A stretch of 64,000 bases of DNA, from positions 744,001-808,000 of the forward strand of contig MU053559.1 of the NCBI GenBank assembly GCA_013239625.1, in the 5' to 3' direction. Position numbers and translations under genes: made by a program. Shown here in pieces: positions 24,385 through 38,757 of the stretch (position 1 is the first letter of the stretch; each line of letters begins with the position of its first letter). Under the pieces are notes generated by a model. The model saw only the letters and a list, made by a program, of their open reading frames with translations, searched no databases and was not told the DNA's origin. Source of the stretch: Lama guanicoe (Eukaryota).

Positions 24385-26915
24385 CTTTCAGAAAACAGAA
24401 GGAATATTTCCTAACTCAGTTTACTAGGCAGCATTACCCAAATACTAAAACCAGAAAATGATATGATAGAAAAACTGAAGACCAATATCCCTCATGAAAT
24501 GACACAAAAATCTTCATTAAAATATTAGTTATATAAACATATTTTATATATTTATGTTTGTAAAAAGATATAAAAATATACAAATGATTTATAAAAGAGA
24601 TTACACACGCATCACAACAATGAGGGGTTCATGCCAGGAGTGCAAGGCTGTTTCAACATTTGAAAATCAATCATTTTAATTCACTATATTAACAGACAAG
24701 CCATATAACCACCTCAGTAGATGCAGAGAAAGCATCTGATGAAATGAAATACCCATTTATGATAAAAACTCAAAGCAAACTAGGGATAAAATGGAAACTC
24801 CTTAACCTAATAAATAGCACCTACAGAAAACCTACAATTTACATCATACTGAATGGTGAGAAACTGCCAGATCAGAAACAAGGCAAGGATGTCTTCTCTG
24901 ACCATTCCTATTTGACGTTCTGCTGGAAATCCTGGGCAGGGCTAATAGGTAAGAAAAATAAATAAAAGACATTCAGATTGAAAAGGAAGAAATTAAACTC
25001 TATTTTCAGACAACATTATTGTCTATGTAGATAAAAATTCGAAATCTAGAAAAAAGCTACTAGAACTAGTGAGTTTGGCAAGATTTCGGGATACATTGTC
25101 AAATACACAAGTCAATTATATCCTATATACCAGCTATAAACAATTAGAATTTGAAATTTAAAAATACAACACACATAGTATCACCACAAAGATGAATGAA
25201 TTAGCTATATATATAACAAAATATGGATAGGATCTGTATACTGATGAGTAAAAAACATCAGTGAAAGAAATAAAATATCATCTAAAAAAATGGAAAGATA
25301 GACCATGCTCCTGGCTTATAAGACCCAACAGAGTTAAGATGTCAATTCTTCCTCAGTTTGATCTATAGCTACAACATAATTCCAATCAAATTCCCAAGAA
25401 GCCATCTTTAGATATGATGAGCTAATCTTAAAATGGATATTGTAAAATAGAGGAGCAAGAATAACCAAAACAATTCTGGAAAAAAGAAAGTTGGAGGATT
25501 TACACCACTCAATTTCAAGATTCACTGTAGAGCTATAGTTATCAAGACAGTATGGTAATGACAAGAACCCGGAAACACAGATCAATACAGCAGAAGGGAA
25601 TAAAGCCCCAAATTGGCCCACCCACAAAAATGGAGTCAACTCTTTTTCTTTCCTGTCAGAGAAAAAAGTACAAATTAGCAAGGGCCAGGAGAAGGCTAAG
25701 GGAACCCTGTAGTACTGGGTTCAAGTCAGAAATATCAGCATGAACTAGTGTTTATTTAAAAATATATACAGATAGATAGCTAAAGAAATAAAAATAAATA
25801 TATATGTATACATGGGTAGAATACATACATGTATTTCCTAGTTCTTTGACACTCTTAACAGTGACACACCAGTAACAATGGACATACATAATGCCAAGAG
25901 CTTGGTTTTTAAATGCCACTTTCCAACAAAAGAAACCTGATATCCTTGGAGAAATTAATAGCTGATTCTAGGTCTGGAACAGGGAAATTACAAAATGAGC
26001 CTGGACCACCTTATAGTTCCAGTAAGTAAGGAACTGCCCTCCTCCACAATAAAAGGATGGGGGCATGTTAAAAGGACTCAGGAGTTAACCTGAAAGACCT
26101 AATAATGACCAAACCTGTAACAATTTCTGTCATGTAATACGTAATGTAGTATTGGATTATAATACAAAGAATAAAATAAATGTCCATTCATCCATATTGA
26201 TATAAAGAAATGATTGAGTGAATAAATACCAGGGAGAAAAGGACAAATCATACTTATAGAAGAATCTGAATTAATAAAAGTAGAAGCAATGAGGGAAATA
26301 GAAAATCACTATTAGAAAAAAAAAACAGTGGTAGTTGCTGAAGGCAAGATCCAGCTAAAATTACTGGATGAAACTTTAAGGAGAAACAGAATATTTGCAT
26401 AACCTCAAAGTGATTCCCCTGTGATGATTTTAACATATGACCACAAACTCTTTGATGCCCCTCCATCCAAAAGGTGGCACATAGTCTCCCTTTCCTTCAG
26501 TATGAGAACTCTGCCTCAATGAAGAGTATGGAAAGAGGAAAAACAGTAACTTTACAAAAGAGAAACTTGGGAGACACCACCATAACAAAGTGATCAAGGT
26601 TAATATCACTAGTAAAAGTCACGTTGATATAATCTGTCCTCTGAAATACTGTGATGAGAAGGGCACATAATCTCTGTGATATCCATCCCCCAAATCCATA
26701 ACCTCAGTCTGTTCATGATAAAACATCAGACAAATCCAAATTGAGGGATATTTCTGCAAGCTACGAGTCATGTCTACAAGACTACTCTTCAAAAGTGTCA
26801 AGGTCATGAAAGACAAAGAAAAACCAAGAAGCTATCACAGATTGGAGGAGATAAGGAAACATGGCAACTCAAAGCAATGTGAAAAACTGGACTGGATCCT
26901 GGAACAGAAGAAGAT
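24385..26915 (+). mobile_element. Old L1 ORF2 RT region and L1MC/MD 3'UTR
   Basis: GFMPGVQGCFNI, DAEKASDE, KYPFMIKT remnants; 3'UTR aagtgatcaaggttaatatcac. Confidence 0.8.
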
Positions 26916-26918
26916 CAG

Positions 26919-27135
26919 TGTTCAGTAAAGGATAAACTTTGCCCAAAGAATGGTTTGGCCCTTGCCCCAGCTACTAGAAGGTAAACTATAAGTTCTTGAA
27001 GTGTCCTGTCTGATAAAAGCGTCTGTTACCTGGGGGCCTTGAGCCATGCTGGATAGTCTGTACCAACAATGGGATTTATGGTAGTGGCTTTGAGTCATGT
27101 GGTATCTGCTCAGCCTCTGGAGGGGCTAGAGACTA
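26919..27135 (+). mobile_element. ERVL LTR fragment (MER68/MER77/MER21-like)
   Basis: ttgcccaaagaatggtttggcccttgcccc...tgtcctgtctgataa...ggaggggctagagact. Confidence 0.55.
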
Positions 27136-27189
27136 CATATATGTGTGTGTGATGGGAAAATACATACTTGCTAAAACTGATCATAAGAA

Positions 27190-30100
27190 AAAAAATGAAG
27201 TGGCTATTATAAGAACTTTACCACAATAGAGTAATTTCATAATGAAAAAAAGGGTGTACTTAACAAGTGGACATAGCAGTTCTAAATGCTATATACCTAA
27301 TAACAGAGCTTCAAAATAGACAAAGCATCAACTGGTATAACTAAAAGAAATAGAAAGAAGCACACTGTTAGTTGGCATTTCAATACCTTTCCCTCAATAA
27401 CTGATAGAAAAGACATAAAATCAGTAAGACCACAGAAGAGTTGAACCATACTATCAAAAATCTTTTTTTTGGGTGGGGGGTAATTAGGTTTATTTATTTA
27501 TTTGTAGAGGAGGTACTGGGGATTGAACCCAGGACCCCATGCATGCTAAGCATGTGCTCTACCACTTGGGCTATACCTACCCCCCCAACAAATTCTTAAT
27601 TCTTATTATAGGTCATGCCACACAACAATAGCAAAATACATTCTTTACAAGTATTCATGAAAATTTACCAAGATAGACCATATTCTGGACCATAACAGAA
27701 GTCTGAATTAACTTATAAATATTCAAGTTGTACAAAATATGTTCTCTGATCACAATGGGATCAAATTGTAAATCATAACAAAGATATGTGTAAAATTCTA
27801 AAATATTTGGATATGTAACACACATCTAAATAACACATGGGACAAAGAAGAAATCCCAAGGTAAGTTAGGAAGTATTTTGAACTGAATGAGTACATAAAA
27901 AGAACATATCAATATATGAGTTGCTACTAAATGAGTGCTTAGAGGATAATTTGTATCACTAAAGCTTTATACTGCAAAAGAAGAAAAGTCTCAAATCAAT
28001 GACTTAGCTTCAACCATAAGAAACTAGAAAAAGAAGAGCAAATTTAACCGAAAGTAAGCAGAGAAAGGAAATAATAAAGAAAAGAGCATAAACCAATAAA
28101 ACTGTAGATAGAAAAACAATAGAGAAAGATCAATCACACCAAAAGCTGAATGTTTAAGAAAAATCAATAAAATTGACAAATCTTAAGCCAAACTGACCAG
28201 AAGAAAAAGAAGAGACACAAATTACCAATATCAAGGATGAGAGAAGGGAACATCACTTCAGATCCTACAGATTTTTAAAAAAGAATGAAAAAGGAATATG
28301 AACATTTTGCTCGTAAATTAGACAATTTATGTGAAATAGACAAATTCTTTGAAAAATACAAACTACTAAAGCTCAATGAAGAAAAAGCTAAATTGAATAC
28401 CTTATAACTATTAAAGAAAATGAATTTTTAGAAACCTCTTAAAAATTGAGATATAATTGACATTTAATATTGTGTAAGCTTAAGGTGTACAACGTGTGTG
28501 ATTTGATACGCTTATATATTGCAACATGATTACCATACTAACATTAACTAATACCTCTATCGCGTCACATAATTATCATTTCTTTATTGTGGTGAGAAAT
28601 TTTAAGATCTAGTCTCTTAGCAACATTCAACTTTTATCCCTACTTAGGGATAAATTTGATAAAATGTGTAAAATTTGCATACTAGAAAACTACAAAACAC
28701 TTCTGAGAGAAATTAAAGAAGTCCTAAATAAGTGGAAAGATATAAACTGTTTATGGATCTGAAAATTCAATATTGTTAAAATGTCAATTCCAAACAGATT
28801 TATAGATTCAATTCAATTCCAATCAAAAGCCAAGCAGGCTTTTGACAGTAAGCAACAAGCTGATTCTAAAATTCATATGGAAATTTAAAAGACCTAGAAT
28901 AGCGAAAAAAATTATGGAAAAAAAAGTAAAGTTGGAGGACTTACACTATCTGACTTCAAGACTTATTTTGAGGCTACAGCAATCAGTAATGCTACAGTGA
29001 TACAGAAGTTATAGCAATGCCAATAGTGGTACTGGCAGAAAGATAGCCAGACAGAAAAACAGAACTAAAGTACTTCCAGAAATACAAATAATAAACTGAT
29101 TTTTTTTTACAGAGATAACAAGGCAATTCAATGGAGAAGGGAGATATATATATATATATATATATATAAATATATTCAAACAAATGGTCTGGAACAATTG
29201 GACAGCCATATGCAAAACAAAATGAATTTAACCCCCTTCCTAAGATCTTATACAAGATTAAATCAAAATGAGTTGCAGAAATAAATGTAAGAACCAATAT
29301 TACAAAATGTCTTGAAGGAAGCACAGGATAAAATCTTAGTGACCTTGAGTTTTGCAAAAATTTCTTAACCATGACTCAAAAAGCATGAACTATATAAAAG
29401 AAAGTATAAATGAATTGGACTTATTAAAATTAAAAACTTTTGGTCTTCTGTTGTTCAAATGAAAAGGCAAACTTAGGAGAAAATGTTTACAAAATATATA
29501 TCAACAAAGGACTTATATCTAAGATATATAAAGAACTCTTACATTTGGGCAAAATATTTTAAAAGATACATCAACCAAGATGACATATAGATTGCAAAAA
29601 GCACAAGATGCTCTACAGCATTAGTTATCAGGAAAGTGTAAATTAAAACCACAGTGAGATACCACTTCACTCCCACAAAGATGGCTAAAATTAAAAGGAA
29701 TAACCATACTTAGAAAGGGCAAAGATATGAAGGAAATGGACTGCTTCTATACTGCTGGTGGAAATGTAAAATGGTACACCACTTTGGAAAACAGTTTGGC
29801 AATTTCTTAAATAGCTAAATATGCACTCACTATATGACCAAACTATTCATTCCTAGGTATTCACACAAGAGAAATGAAAACTATGTCCACACAAAGACTT
29901 GTATTCAAATATTCGTATCAGTTTTATTTGTAACATTCAAAAACTAGAAACAGCACAGATTTCTATCAACACATGAATAGAAAAACAAATTTGGTACATT
30001 TATACAATGAAATACCACCTAGCAATAAAAGTAATTAATATAGATACATGTAACAACAAAAATGTATCAAAAATAGTTACGCTGAATGAAAGAAGCCAAA

Positions 30101-30392
30101 CAAAACAAGAATGCCTGCAGTACGATTCCATTTATATAAAATTATAGAAAGCGCAAACTCATTTATAATGACAGAAAACAGATCAGTGGTTGCCCATGGA
30201 TGGGGAGAAGGGTGTGAGGACGAAGGGCTGGGTGACAAAGAGGCACAAGGAAACTTTTAAGGGCAATGGGTATGTTCATTATTTTTATTGTAGTGGTTCT
30301 AAAGGTACACACAGATGTTAAAACTCATCAAATCATACACTTTAAACAAGTTCCATTTACTATATGCTATTATACCTCAATAAAGTTGTCAA
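27190..30392 (+). mobile_element. Old L1 (ORF2 EN through 3'UTR), decayed, with nested SINE and antisense L1 tail
   Basis: EN remnants (aagatagaccatattctgg, ttctctgatcacaatgg), C-terminal ORF2 and 3'UTR ending tacctcaataaagttg. Confidence 0.85.
27462..27586 (-). mobile_element. Vic-1-like SINE
   Basis: taattaggtttatttatt...ggaggtactggggattgaacccaggacc...gcatgctaagcatgtgctctaccacttgggctatacc. Confidence 0.9.
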
Positions 30393-31329
30393 ATACATTT
30401 TGGAGACGAGAGAAATTTGAAAATGGGCTGGATATGAGATATCATATTAGATGTCATATGAGAATTTGATTGATAATGATAATCCAGTTATGGCAGAGAA
30501 TTTCCTTATTTTTAGGAGATGGATGCTCATGTATTTGAGTATAATGTCTAGAACTTACCATCAATTATTCAGGAAAAATTTTACAAATACATTGTTGAAT
30601 CCAGATGAAAGTTATCTGTATGTTCACTGTACTGTTCTTTCAGTATTTCTACATGATTAAAAATGGACATAATTAAAATGCGGGAAAAACACAATATTGT
30701 CATATTGATTTATTGCTCACCCTCCTCTTAGGAAGAGAGACATTATTGTCTTAGAATAATAGATTTGTAAGCAAATCTTTTCTGGGATTGTCTCCAGGGA
30801 GGGAGACATTCTCTCCCTTTACTGTCCTGGAATGGAAATAAATCTGAGCACACTGACTGTTACTGTCTAGACATTAAGAAACATGAGAGATTTATGGAAA
30901 ATTATCTCTGACTAGGAGGCTAGAGCCCATCACACACAACCACAAAGAATAATGATATGAAATGAATGAAGAGTGTTATGAAATCGATGGATAAGATGAC
31001 AAAGACACATTATACGTGCATAACTGAAGTCCCTGAAGAGGAGAAGCAATGGATCAGAAAAAAAGTTCAGCAAAATAAAACTTCCCTGAAATAAAAGTCT
31101 TGAATCACGACTGGAACAGCTCACTATAATCCAGTTAAAATTAGTTCACAAAAATCAAGACTAAGATGTATGCTTCTCAAGATCCTTAAGTTCAAGCATA
31201 AAAAAAAGAATCATGTGGCAGAAGTGTACAAGAAAAATAGGGAGTAGGTTAATCTTCAACTTCTCAATGGCATCACTCAATTTTAGAAGAGCAATGTTTA
31301 CCAGGTTCTCAGGAAAAGAAAGTATAACT

Positions 31330-31910
31330 TTAATAATCGGGGTTCAATTGAGGCAGTAGATTCATTATGAGTATTATGGAATAAGGAATTTTTTATATGA
31401 ATTAGATCATGCAAAATTGTGAGAGTAGCTGGGGAAGTAAAGGTATGGAAAGGGAAGGGGAAAGATTAGACAAGTCACTAAACCAGCCCTTTGGAAAAAC
31501 TGTCATGGATGGATAAGTCAGAGTTTGCAAGAAAATCTGAGAAGCCAGGCACTTACAGCTGCTTAAGTGAGACTGTGAGAAGGGAGCTGATGGAGAAGTC
31601 TATGAAAAGCTGTTGCCTTTGTAGGCCTGCAGCCAGGCATCCGATGGCCACTGGTGGTCAGCAGGGCTCGGAGATAGAAAGCTGAATACAGAGTAGAAGT
31701 GAGTGAGGAAAGATTAAGACCTTCTGGGTATCTCTGCGTCTGCCCTTCACTGCATCTAATCTCAAAACTTTTGGAGTAATAGTTGCTCCTTCACTTTGAC
31801 TTCCCAAATCTCATGCAATTTCTGCTTCTGGCCAGTTCTAACCTGGAGTCACACAGGATTCTTGAAAACAGATTTCTCAGTATAACCCAGACAACAGTAG
31901 AGCGATGCAG
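31330..31910 (-). mobile_element. Ancient ERVL-type LTR
   Basis: ggggttcaattgaggcagtag...aattgtgagagtagctggggaag...caggattcttgaaaacag; subfamily uncertain. Confidence 0.45.
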
Positions 31911-32009
31911 CCCAATAACCTAAAAATGATTTTTACTATTGGAAAAATTTTGTGGCGAAATATCATCTGAGTTCAAAATTTCTAACTTTGTTCAGTTGTT
32001 TTCTGTAAT

Positions 32010-32335
32010 TAAATTTACTTCTAAAATAAGACTCACCAAAGTTAATAATGACCTCCTTGTCGCAAAATCCAAGAACCAGTTTTCCATCCTCGTGTGAACT
32101 GACCTCCAGTCTGTCAGTTCCTCTAGGGAAACACTCATTGGAAATACTCTTTTCTCTCTGAGCCCCTTGCTCACCTGGTATGTTTTCACCTTCCTGGCTG
32201 CTCCTTCTCATTATCCTCTGTAAATGAATCCTTGGCCCCGTCCTCAAATGTCGATAGCACAAGCCTTAGTCCTAGACCTGCATTTCCTGTTACTCCATAC
32301 ATTTTCTTTAGGTAGTTGGATGAGACTAAGACACC
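32010..32335 (+). mobile_element. L2 ORF2 fragment
   Basis: ctcaccaaagttaataatgacctccttgtcgcaaaatcca...cttagtcctagacctg. Confidence 0.6.
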
Positions 32336-32487
32336 ACAGACAACTCTCAAATCCTTCCCAAGAATAGAGAATGGAAGGGGGGAACTTGCCAGGATCAGGA
32401 AGTGGGGTGTGTCTAGTATTAATCAAGAGCTTCTCCCCAAGTATAGTTCTAAGTGCTTTACACAGGTTAAGTGCATTCACTTCTTAG

Positions 32488-32946
32488 TATGAGTAATCAT
32501 GCATCCCCCAAAGATATGTTGAAGTCCTAACCCCCAGTACCTCAGAATGTAAACTTATTTGGAAACAGAGTCTTTATGGAAGTAATCAAATTAAAATGAG
32601 GCCAGTAGAGTGGGCCTGAACCAATATGACTGGCATCCTTATAAAAAAGGGAAAATTAGACGCAGAGACAGATATGCAGAGGGAACACAATGTGAAGACA
32701 CACAGGAAGAGAACATTTGTGTGACTGGAGTGATACACCTACAAGCCAAGGAATGCCTGAGACCACCAGAAACTAGGAGAGAGGCATGGGATAATTCCTT
32801 CTCTAGCCCCTGAAGAGGGAGTGCGGCCCTGTTGGCACCTTGATTTCATACTTCCAGTCTCTAGAACTGGGAGACAATACATTTCTGTTGTTTTCAGACC
32901 CTCAGTTTGTGGTACTTTATTACAGCAGTCCTAGGAAGTTCATACA
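32488..32946 (+). mobile_element. MLT1B/C solo LTR inside a MIR
   Basis: gatatgttgaagtcctaacccccagtacctcagaatgt...caagccaaggaatgcc...gtggtactttattacagcagtcctaggaagttcataca. Confidence 0.85.
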
Positions 32947-33492
32947 CTTCTCACGTCAACTCTAGGAGACAGGTACCAGTGTGAATATCCTTTATAGCTG
33001 AAGACATCAGGATAGAGAGGTTAACTAACCCGCCCAAAGTCACATAGCTAGTAACTGGTAGAGCCGAGGATTGAAACCCTAGCCAACTGGCTCCTGAGCC
33101 TATCTACCTAACCACTATGCAAATTGCCTCTTAATATTTTGAAAAGCATTGCTCCTAGGGACAAAAATGTTGAAAAGGGTGTATGTAAATCAATCTTACT
33201 GTGCAAATGGTTGAATCAGTTATTGCATATCCACCCCATGAACTATCATGCAACCATTCAAAAAGATACTGGGAAGTAATAAAGCAAGAAGCAGAGATGC
33301 ATGACATGATCCCATATTTGAAAATCAAGGAAAAAAACAATCCTTATGTAGTTGTTGATTATAAGCATGGAACGTATGTCTGTCTATATATAATTATGAG
33401 CACAGATTAAAACATGAATGTGTTCATAGGAGTTAATTAGTCTTGGTTATCTGTTGGGGGTAAATAGTGGAGGACATTCAGTAAATAATAAA

Positions 33493-34460
33493 TGTATTAG
33501 TTAGCTTTTTCTAGGTAACAAGCCGCCCAAAATTTAGTGGCTTAAAACAATCCATATTTTAATCTGTGATTCTGTGAGTTGTCTGGGATAGGTGGGATGG
33601 ATGGCAGAGCTTTCCTAGTCTGGGCCAGTGTATTACTAATCTTTTACTATGTAACAAGTTACCCTAAAGTTTAGCAGTTAAAAACAACAAACATTTATTA
33701 TCTCACAGTTTCTGTGGGTCAGGAATTCAGGTGAGGCTCAGAAGGTTGCCTCTGGCTGAAGGTCTCTCATGAAGTTGCAATCAAGATGTCACCTGGGGCT
33801 GTGGTCTTATTTGAAAGCAAGACTGGGAGAACTTCCTCCCAAACTCACTCGTGGGTCTCCCCCAACAGGGCTGCCTCATGCTTCCCCTTGGGTGAGCCAT
33901 CTGAGAGTGAGAGAGCATCCTAAATGGAAGCCATGGTCCTTCTGTAACCTAATCTTGGAAGTGATGTCACATTACCTCTGCCTCATTCTATTTACTAGAA
34001 CCAGGTCACTAAATCCAGCCCAAACTCAAGGGAATGGAATTACACAAGAGTGTGGCTACCAAGAGATGGGGATCATGTAAGGTCATCTCAGAGGCTGCCA
34101 ACCACAGTGGGCTCGGATGTGGTTAGATGGATAGAATAGCTTCATTCACATGTCTGGCAAATGAAATCTGGTTGGTCTAGGGCACCTCAAATGGGAAGTT
34201 TCATCTCTGCTCCATCATTGCTCCATTAGGTCTCATCCTCTAATAGCATAACCCAGGCTTTTTCACACTTGGGTTCAGGATTTCAAAGGGCAAGAGTGGG
34301 CAAACTTCAATGCAAGCACTTCTCAAGCCTCTGCTTGTGTCATATCTGCTAATGTCCTGTTAGCCAAAGAAATGGCCAAATCCAGTTTCAAGGGTTGGAG
34401 AAACAGACTCTACCTCTTGGGTGAAATAGCAAAGTCATATTGAGAGGGGGCATATATTCT
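33493..34460 (-). mobile_element. Nested old MLT1 LTRs
   Basis: One MLT1 (33629-34106) inserted into another (33493-33628 + 34107-34460). Confidence 0.65.
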
Positions 34461-34479
34461 GATGGAAGTGGCCAAAGAG

Positions 34480-36150
34480 GATCATCCAGACTTCTGGATT
34501 CTGGCTGGAATGTAGACATCCGGAAAAAGCTTAGCTGCCATTTTTATAGTGAGGAAAAAAAACTATGTAATCTACAAAATCATAACTTTTCTTGAACTCA
34601 TTAGAGAGCTAAGATTATAGAGCAACCACCTAGCTTGATAAATGCCTCAAAAGATACAGGGAGTTATCACTGGGTCACCCGTGGCAGGGCAGGAAGGAAG
34701 ATGGGTCCACCATACCAGGAGTAAGAATTCAGCAAGAATTTTAAATAAATTTCTAAAGCCTAAGTGTGGGAGAGTGTGAGAATATAGGACCTCTGAGAGC
34801 TGGAGACCTAGGGGTAGTTGACTCCCACTTGCAGGTTCTTCTCACAGACCTCCATTGGGTGCTCACAAGAAACACTGGAGGTAGGGTAGGGTGGGAGACT
34901 GGAGAAAGCCCCTCTCAGGGTGCAGGTCTGCCCAGGGACACCTGCTGATACAGAAGTGGCACAAAGCCCCAATGGGCCCCTACTCCCTTACAGAACAAAT
35001 GCCTTAAGGCACTGGGGGAAGTGAAGGAAACCTTGTTGCTCTCCACCCCACCCCCTCCACCAACCAGGACATAGGTGAAGATCCGCTGCAGCTAGAAGAA
35101 AGGGAAAGGAAAAAAAAATCTACTCATGGTGGAAGTGCAGGAAACCATTCCAGGGCCCAGACCATTAAAGGCCTTATACCAATGGAGAGGGCAGGATCAC
35201 TGAAAAAGCCTCACCCTCAAGACCTAGGGATACAGGACCTGCCTAAGACTGAGACTGACCCAGGACAGCTCCTGCCCCTGCCCCCAGCTCATCAGGTCAC
35301 GAAGACCCAGGTAATAATACAAGTTTATTACTAAGGGAGAGGCAAGAGCATGGAGAGAGAGATTCTGAAATGCAGACACATGAAAAAGGCCTAAAGGCAA
35401 GGGTGCTGCATGAATATAGGGAAAAGTTCTCTGGGAAACCAGTGCCTCTCCTAAGCACATAGTAACACTAGAGAAATTTGAAGTCACTGGCACACCAAAG
35501 GTAAAGAGAGCAACAACAAAACCTAAACCCAGTCCAAATCCTGACTAGATGGACTCGATCTCCCTATGCTAATGACCTATAAGGAAAGCAGCCATGTCTA
35601 TTCTCAGGAATAAATATTTACGTCAGCTTCTATTCTCTGATATAGAGCAACTGACATTCGGCCAAAAATTAGATGCAAAACAGCAAGAGAAAACAATACA
35701 CTGTCAAGAGAAAGCAGTCAACACATCCAGACTCCCATTGTTGGAACTATCAAACAGATAATTTATTTTTTTTTAATTTTTTAAAAAGTGAAAGCAAATT
35801 TATTTAGGGAGATACAGACTCTATAGACAGACTGCGGGCCATCTCAGAAGGCAAGAGAGGCGGCCCACACAGAAAACTTAAAATAAAAGTGATTAATATA
35901 TTAAAGAGGGTAGTGGAAAATGTAAACCACAGGTATGAACAGATGGGGAATTTCAGCAGAAAGATAAAAACTCTATGATCCAAATGGAAACACTAGAAAT
36001 AAAAAGAGAACATAACTGAGATGAAGAATGCCTTCAATGGGTTTATCAGTAGACCTGACAGAGCCAGGGTAGGGGTTAAAATCTGTGAACTTGAAGATAG
36101 GCTAGTAGATATTATCCCAACTGAAAAACAAAGAGAAAAATAATGTTTGA
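34480..36150 (+). mobile_element. Old L1M 5' region/ORF1
   Basis: gacttctgg..., aacagatggggaatttcagcagaaag, gaagaatgccttcaatggg...gaacttgaagatagg. Confidence 0.65.
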
Positions 36151-36159
36151 AAACAGGCA

Positions 36160-36436
36160 CACATATAGGGATGGAAAATTGTAGCATTTTCTATCTAACA
36201 CAGTCTATCTTCTGGTCACAAATTATTTACATTAGCACACCATGCAAAACATGTACACTCCCTTCCCAAGACCTCTAGATATCTATCCCAAATTATGGCA
36301 TCAGGCTCAAATCCAAGACCTTAAGTCTTCTATATCAGGTTCAGATATGACTGAGGCTCTCTGGGTGTAGCTTCTCAGTTTCTTGATCCAGAGACCTGTG
36401 AGTTAATTGACAAGTCATATGACCACCCCCCCACCC

Positions 36437-36480
<44 letters not shown>

Positions 36481-38080
36481 TATAAATACAATAGTGAGAT
36501 AGGGACAGGATAACTGCAATAGATACTCCCTTTCAAAAAGGGAAGGAACAAGAGGCACATATCAGTCACTGTTCCATAACAATTCTGAAATCCCACAGAC
36601 CAAATGTTGTCAGGTCTCCCTGGTCCAGGGGCAAATGATGTTTCTTGCTTATGTCACAGTTATACCTGCGAGTGGCTTCGTGGCCCATTTTAATCCCTTG
36701 TTCTTGGGTCTTCTCTCTGAGATGGCCTTCTTTTCCCATAAGAAATGGCCCATGTTTGCAGCTGAGTAATTTTCTCAGTTTGCTTCCTGTTCACAGAAGT
36801 TAAAGACGGGAGTCCAGAAGCCACTTTTCATTTTGGACTGTTTCAGTCTCTTTAAGTCCAACCTGGAGGTAGTTTCGCTAGTAAAACTCTATTAAAACTG
36901 TTACAGGTTTCCTACGAATCTGTTAGTCCATGTCCCAAATGCAACATCAACCATTCTTTTTAAGACAGGCCCCTCTCGATTTTGAGTAGTGGGTTGGGCT
37001 ACTGAGGACAAAGTTGAAAAGTTTTTAGAAGCTGTTCAGCTTAGCTGAGAGGGTTTCCCAAACGCCAACTTAAATATTTCACACATTTTAACAAAGGGTC
37101 TCACAGCCACATGCATAATTTGATCTCTGCCCTGAGGCCATTTTTTTTCACCTTGAGAATATTCTGATGGTTGGAGAGACTGGATATGTGAAGCAGTTAT
37201 TTTTGAACAAAGTTAAGTCCTGGCCTTTTTTTTTTTGTATTTCTTCTTAATTCTGCTTGCAAATGGAAGTTGTTTACTGAGTTCATATTTTTCTTTCTGT
37301 ACCTTATCACATGCAGCTAAAATGAGCAAACTGATACTTCCAGCATTCTGTTGGAAATCTCTTTAGCCAGATCCACAAGTTCATTTGGTACATCCTTAGT
37401 CTTTCCACAGAGCATGGTGACTGTTTTGCTATCTTTTCCTTACTAAACAACATAAACTGCCATCTTTTCCAGCCTTTCTTAACAATTTTCTTCATTGTTT
37501 TTCCAGCCTCCACCTTTCACCCAGGCCCAAAGCTAATAATGCCATGTCTTATGTTTTGATACAATACCCCCAGTATGTGTACAATTTTAGGTACTACTCA
37601 GCATTTGCTGTGCAACAGACTACCCCAAAACTTAGAAGCTTAAAACAGTAATCATTTTATCTCGTAATTCACTGGTTGGGATAACTGGTGTGGCTCTTTT
37701 GCTGTGGCTGGGGCTAGAGGTCAAGGAAGGCCTCACCCCCATGTCTGGCATTTGGTCTAAGGAGCCTGAGGTGTGCTGGCTCATCTCCGCTCCATGTGGT
37801 TTCTCAATCTTCAGTAATCTGAGCTTCTTCACATGAAAGTTTGAGAATTCCAAAGGGCAGCAGGAGAGGGTAAGCCTCAAAGCAGGCTTTTCACACTTCT
37901 CCAGCATCTTCTTGAATCTCTTTGCTAATGTACATTGGCCAAAGCGAGTCACATGGCCAAGCTCAGAGTCAAGGAGTAGAGAGAGACAGCCCTACCTCTT
38001 AAGAGAAACAAGAGTAACATTACAAAGGAGTGTGCATAAAAGGATGGGAGAGATCTGTGGCTATTTTGCATTGTACCACA
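36160..38080 (-). mobile_element. MLT1 internal sequence + LTR (37590-38080)
   Basis: MaLR-int motifs (atacaatagtgagatagggacaggataactgcaatagatactccc); LTR cttagaagcttaaaac...cattggccaaagcgagtcacatggccaag; contains (CA)n. Confidence 0.7.
36438..36478. repeat. (CA)~20 microsatellite
   Basis: Direct reading. Confidence 0.97.
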
Positions 38081-38757
38081 ATGAAAGAAGATAAAAACAT
38101 GAAGTCATGGAAACCAATATGAATGACAGGATTATATTTATGTGCTCGTGTAAAATTGTATTTGCAGATTTGTGTATATATAAAACCATAATGAAAAAAA
38201 CTATAATGACTTTATGGATTCATGTGAGAGAAATATTCAGCAGGAAACATATTCGATAGACAAGATTATATTAAATTAAAAAACTTCAATTCAATTATTC
38301 CTTCCATTGTGTAATGTTTTCTGCTACAAAAACACTCCACAGAACTGAGAGCACATCAACATATTTTGTTGTCCTATCTTTCATTTTGTTGACATTTTAA
38401 ATTGCTTAATATAACACAGTAAACATTACTGTCATTTATATAATTTTGCACACTCCTTGTATAACGAATTGGGCAATGGTGCCTTATAATACTTTCTACA
38501 GGAAGGTTTTTCCTAATGCATCAAGCTGATTTTCCAGTATGAATTCTATTATATTTTGTGAGTCTGTGCAAATATGGAAATTTCCCTTCATTCAGTGCAT
38601 TCTTAGAGTAATTTTTCTCATCTCAAGTGAGAGAGCTTGATGAATGCTTTTTATTATGCAAGGTATTCATATAGGATTTTGGTTGAATTTTATAAAACAC
38701 ACTTAGACCTGACTGCTATGATAAAGGCTTTCTCACTTTCAAGAAACAGGGTTACTT

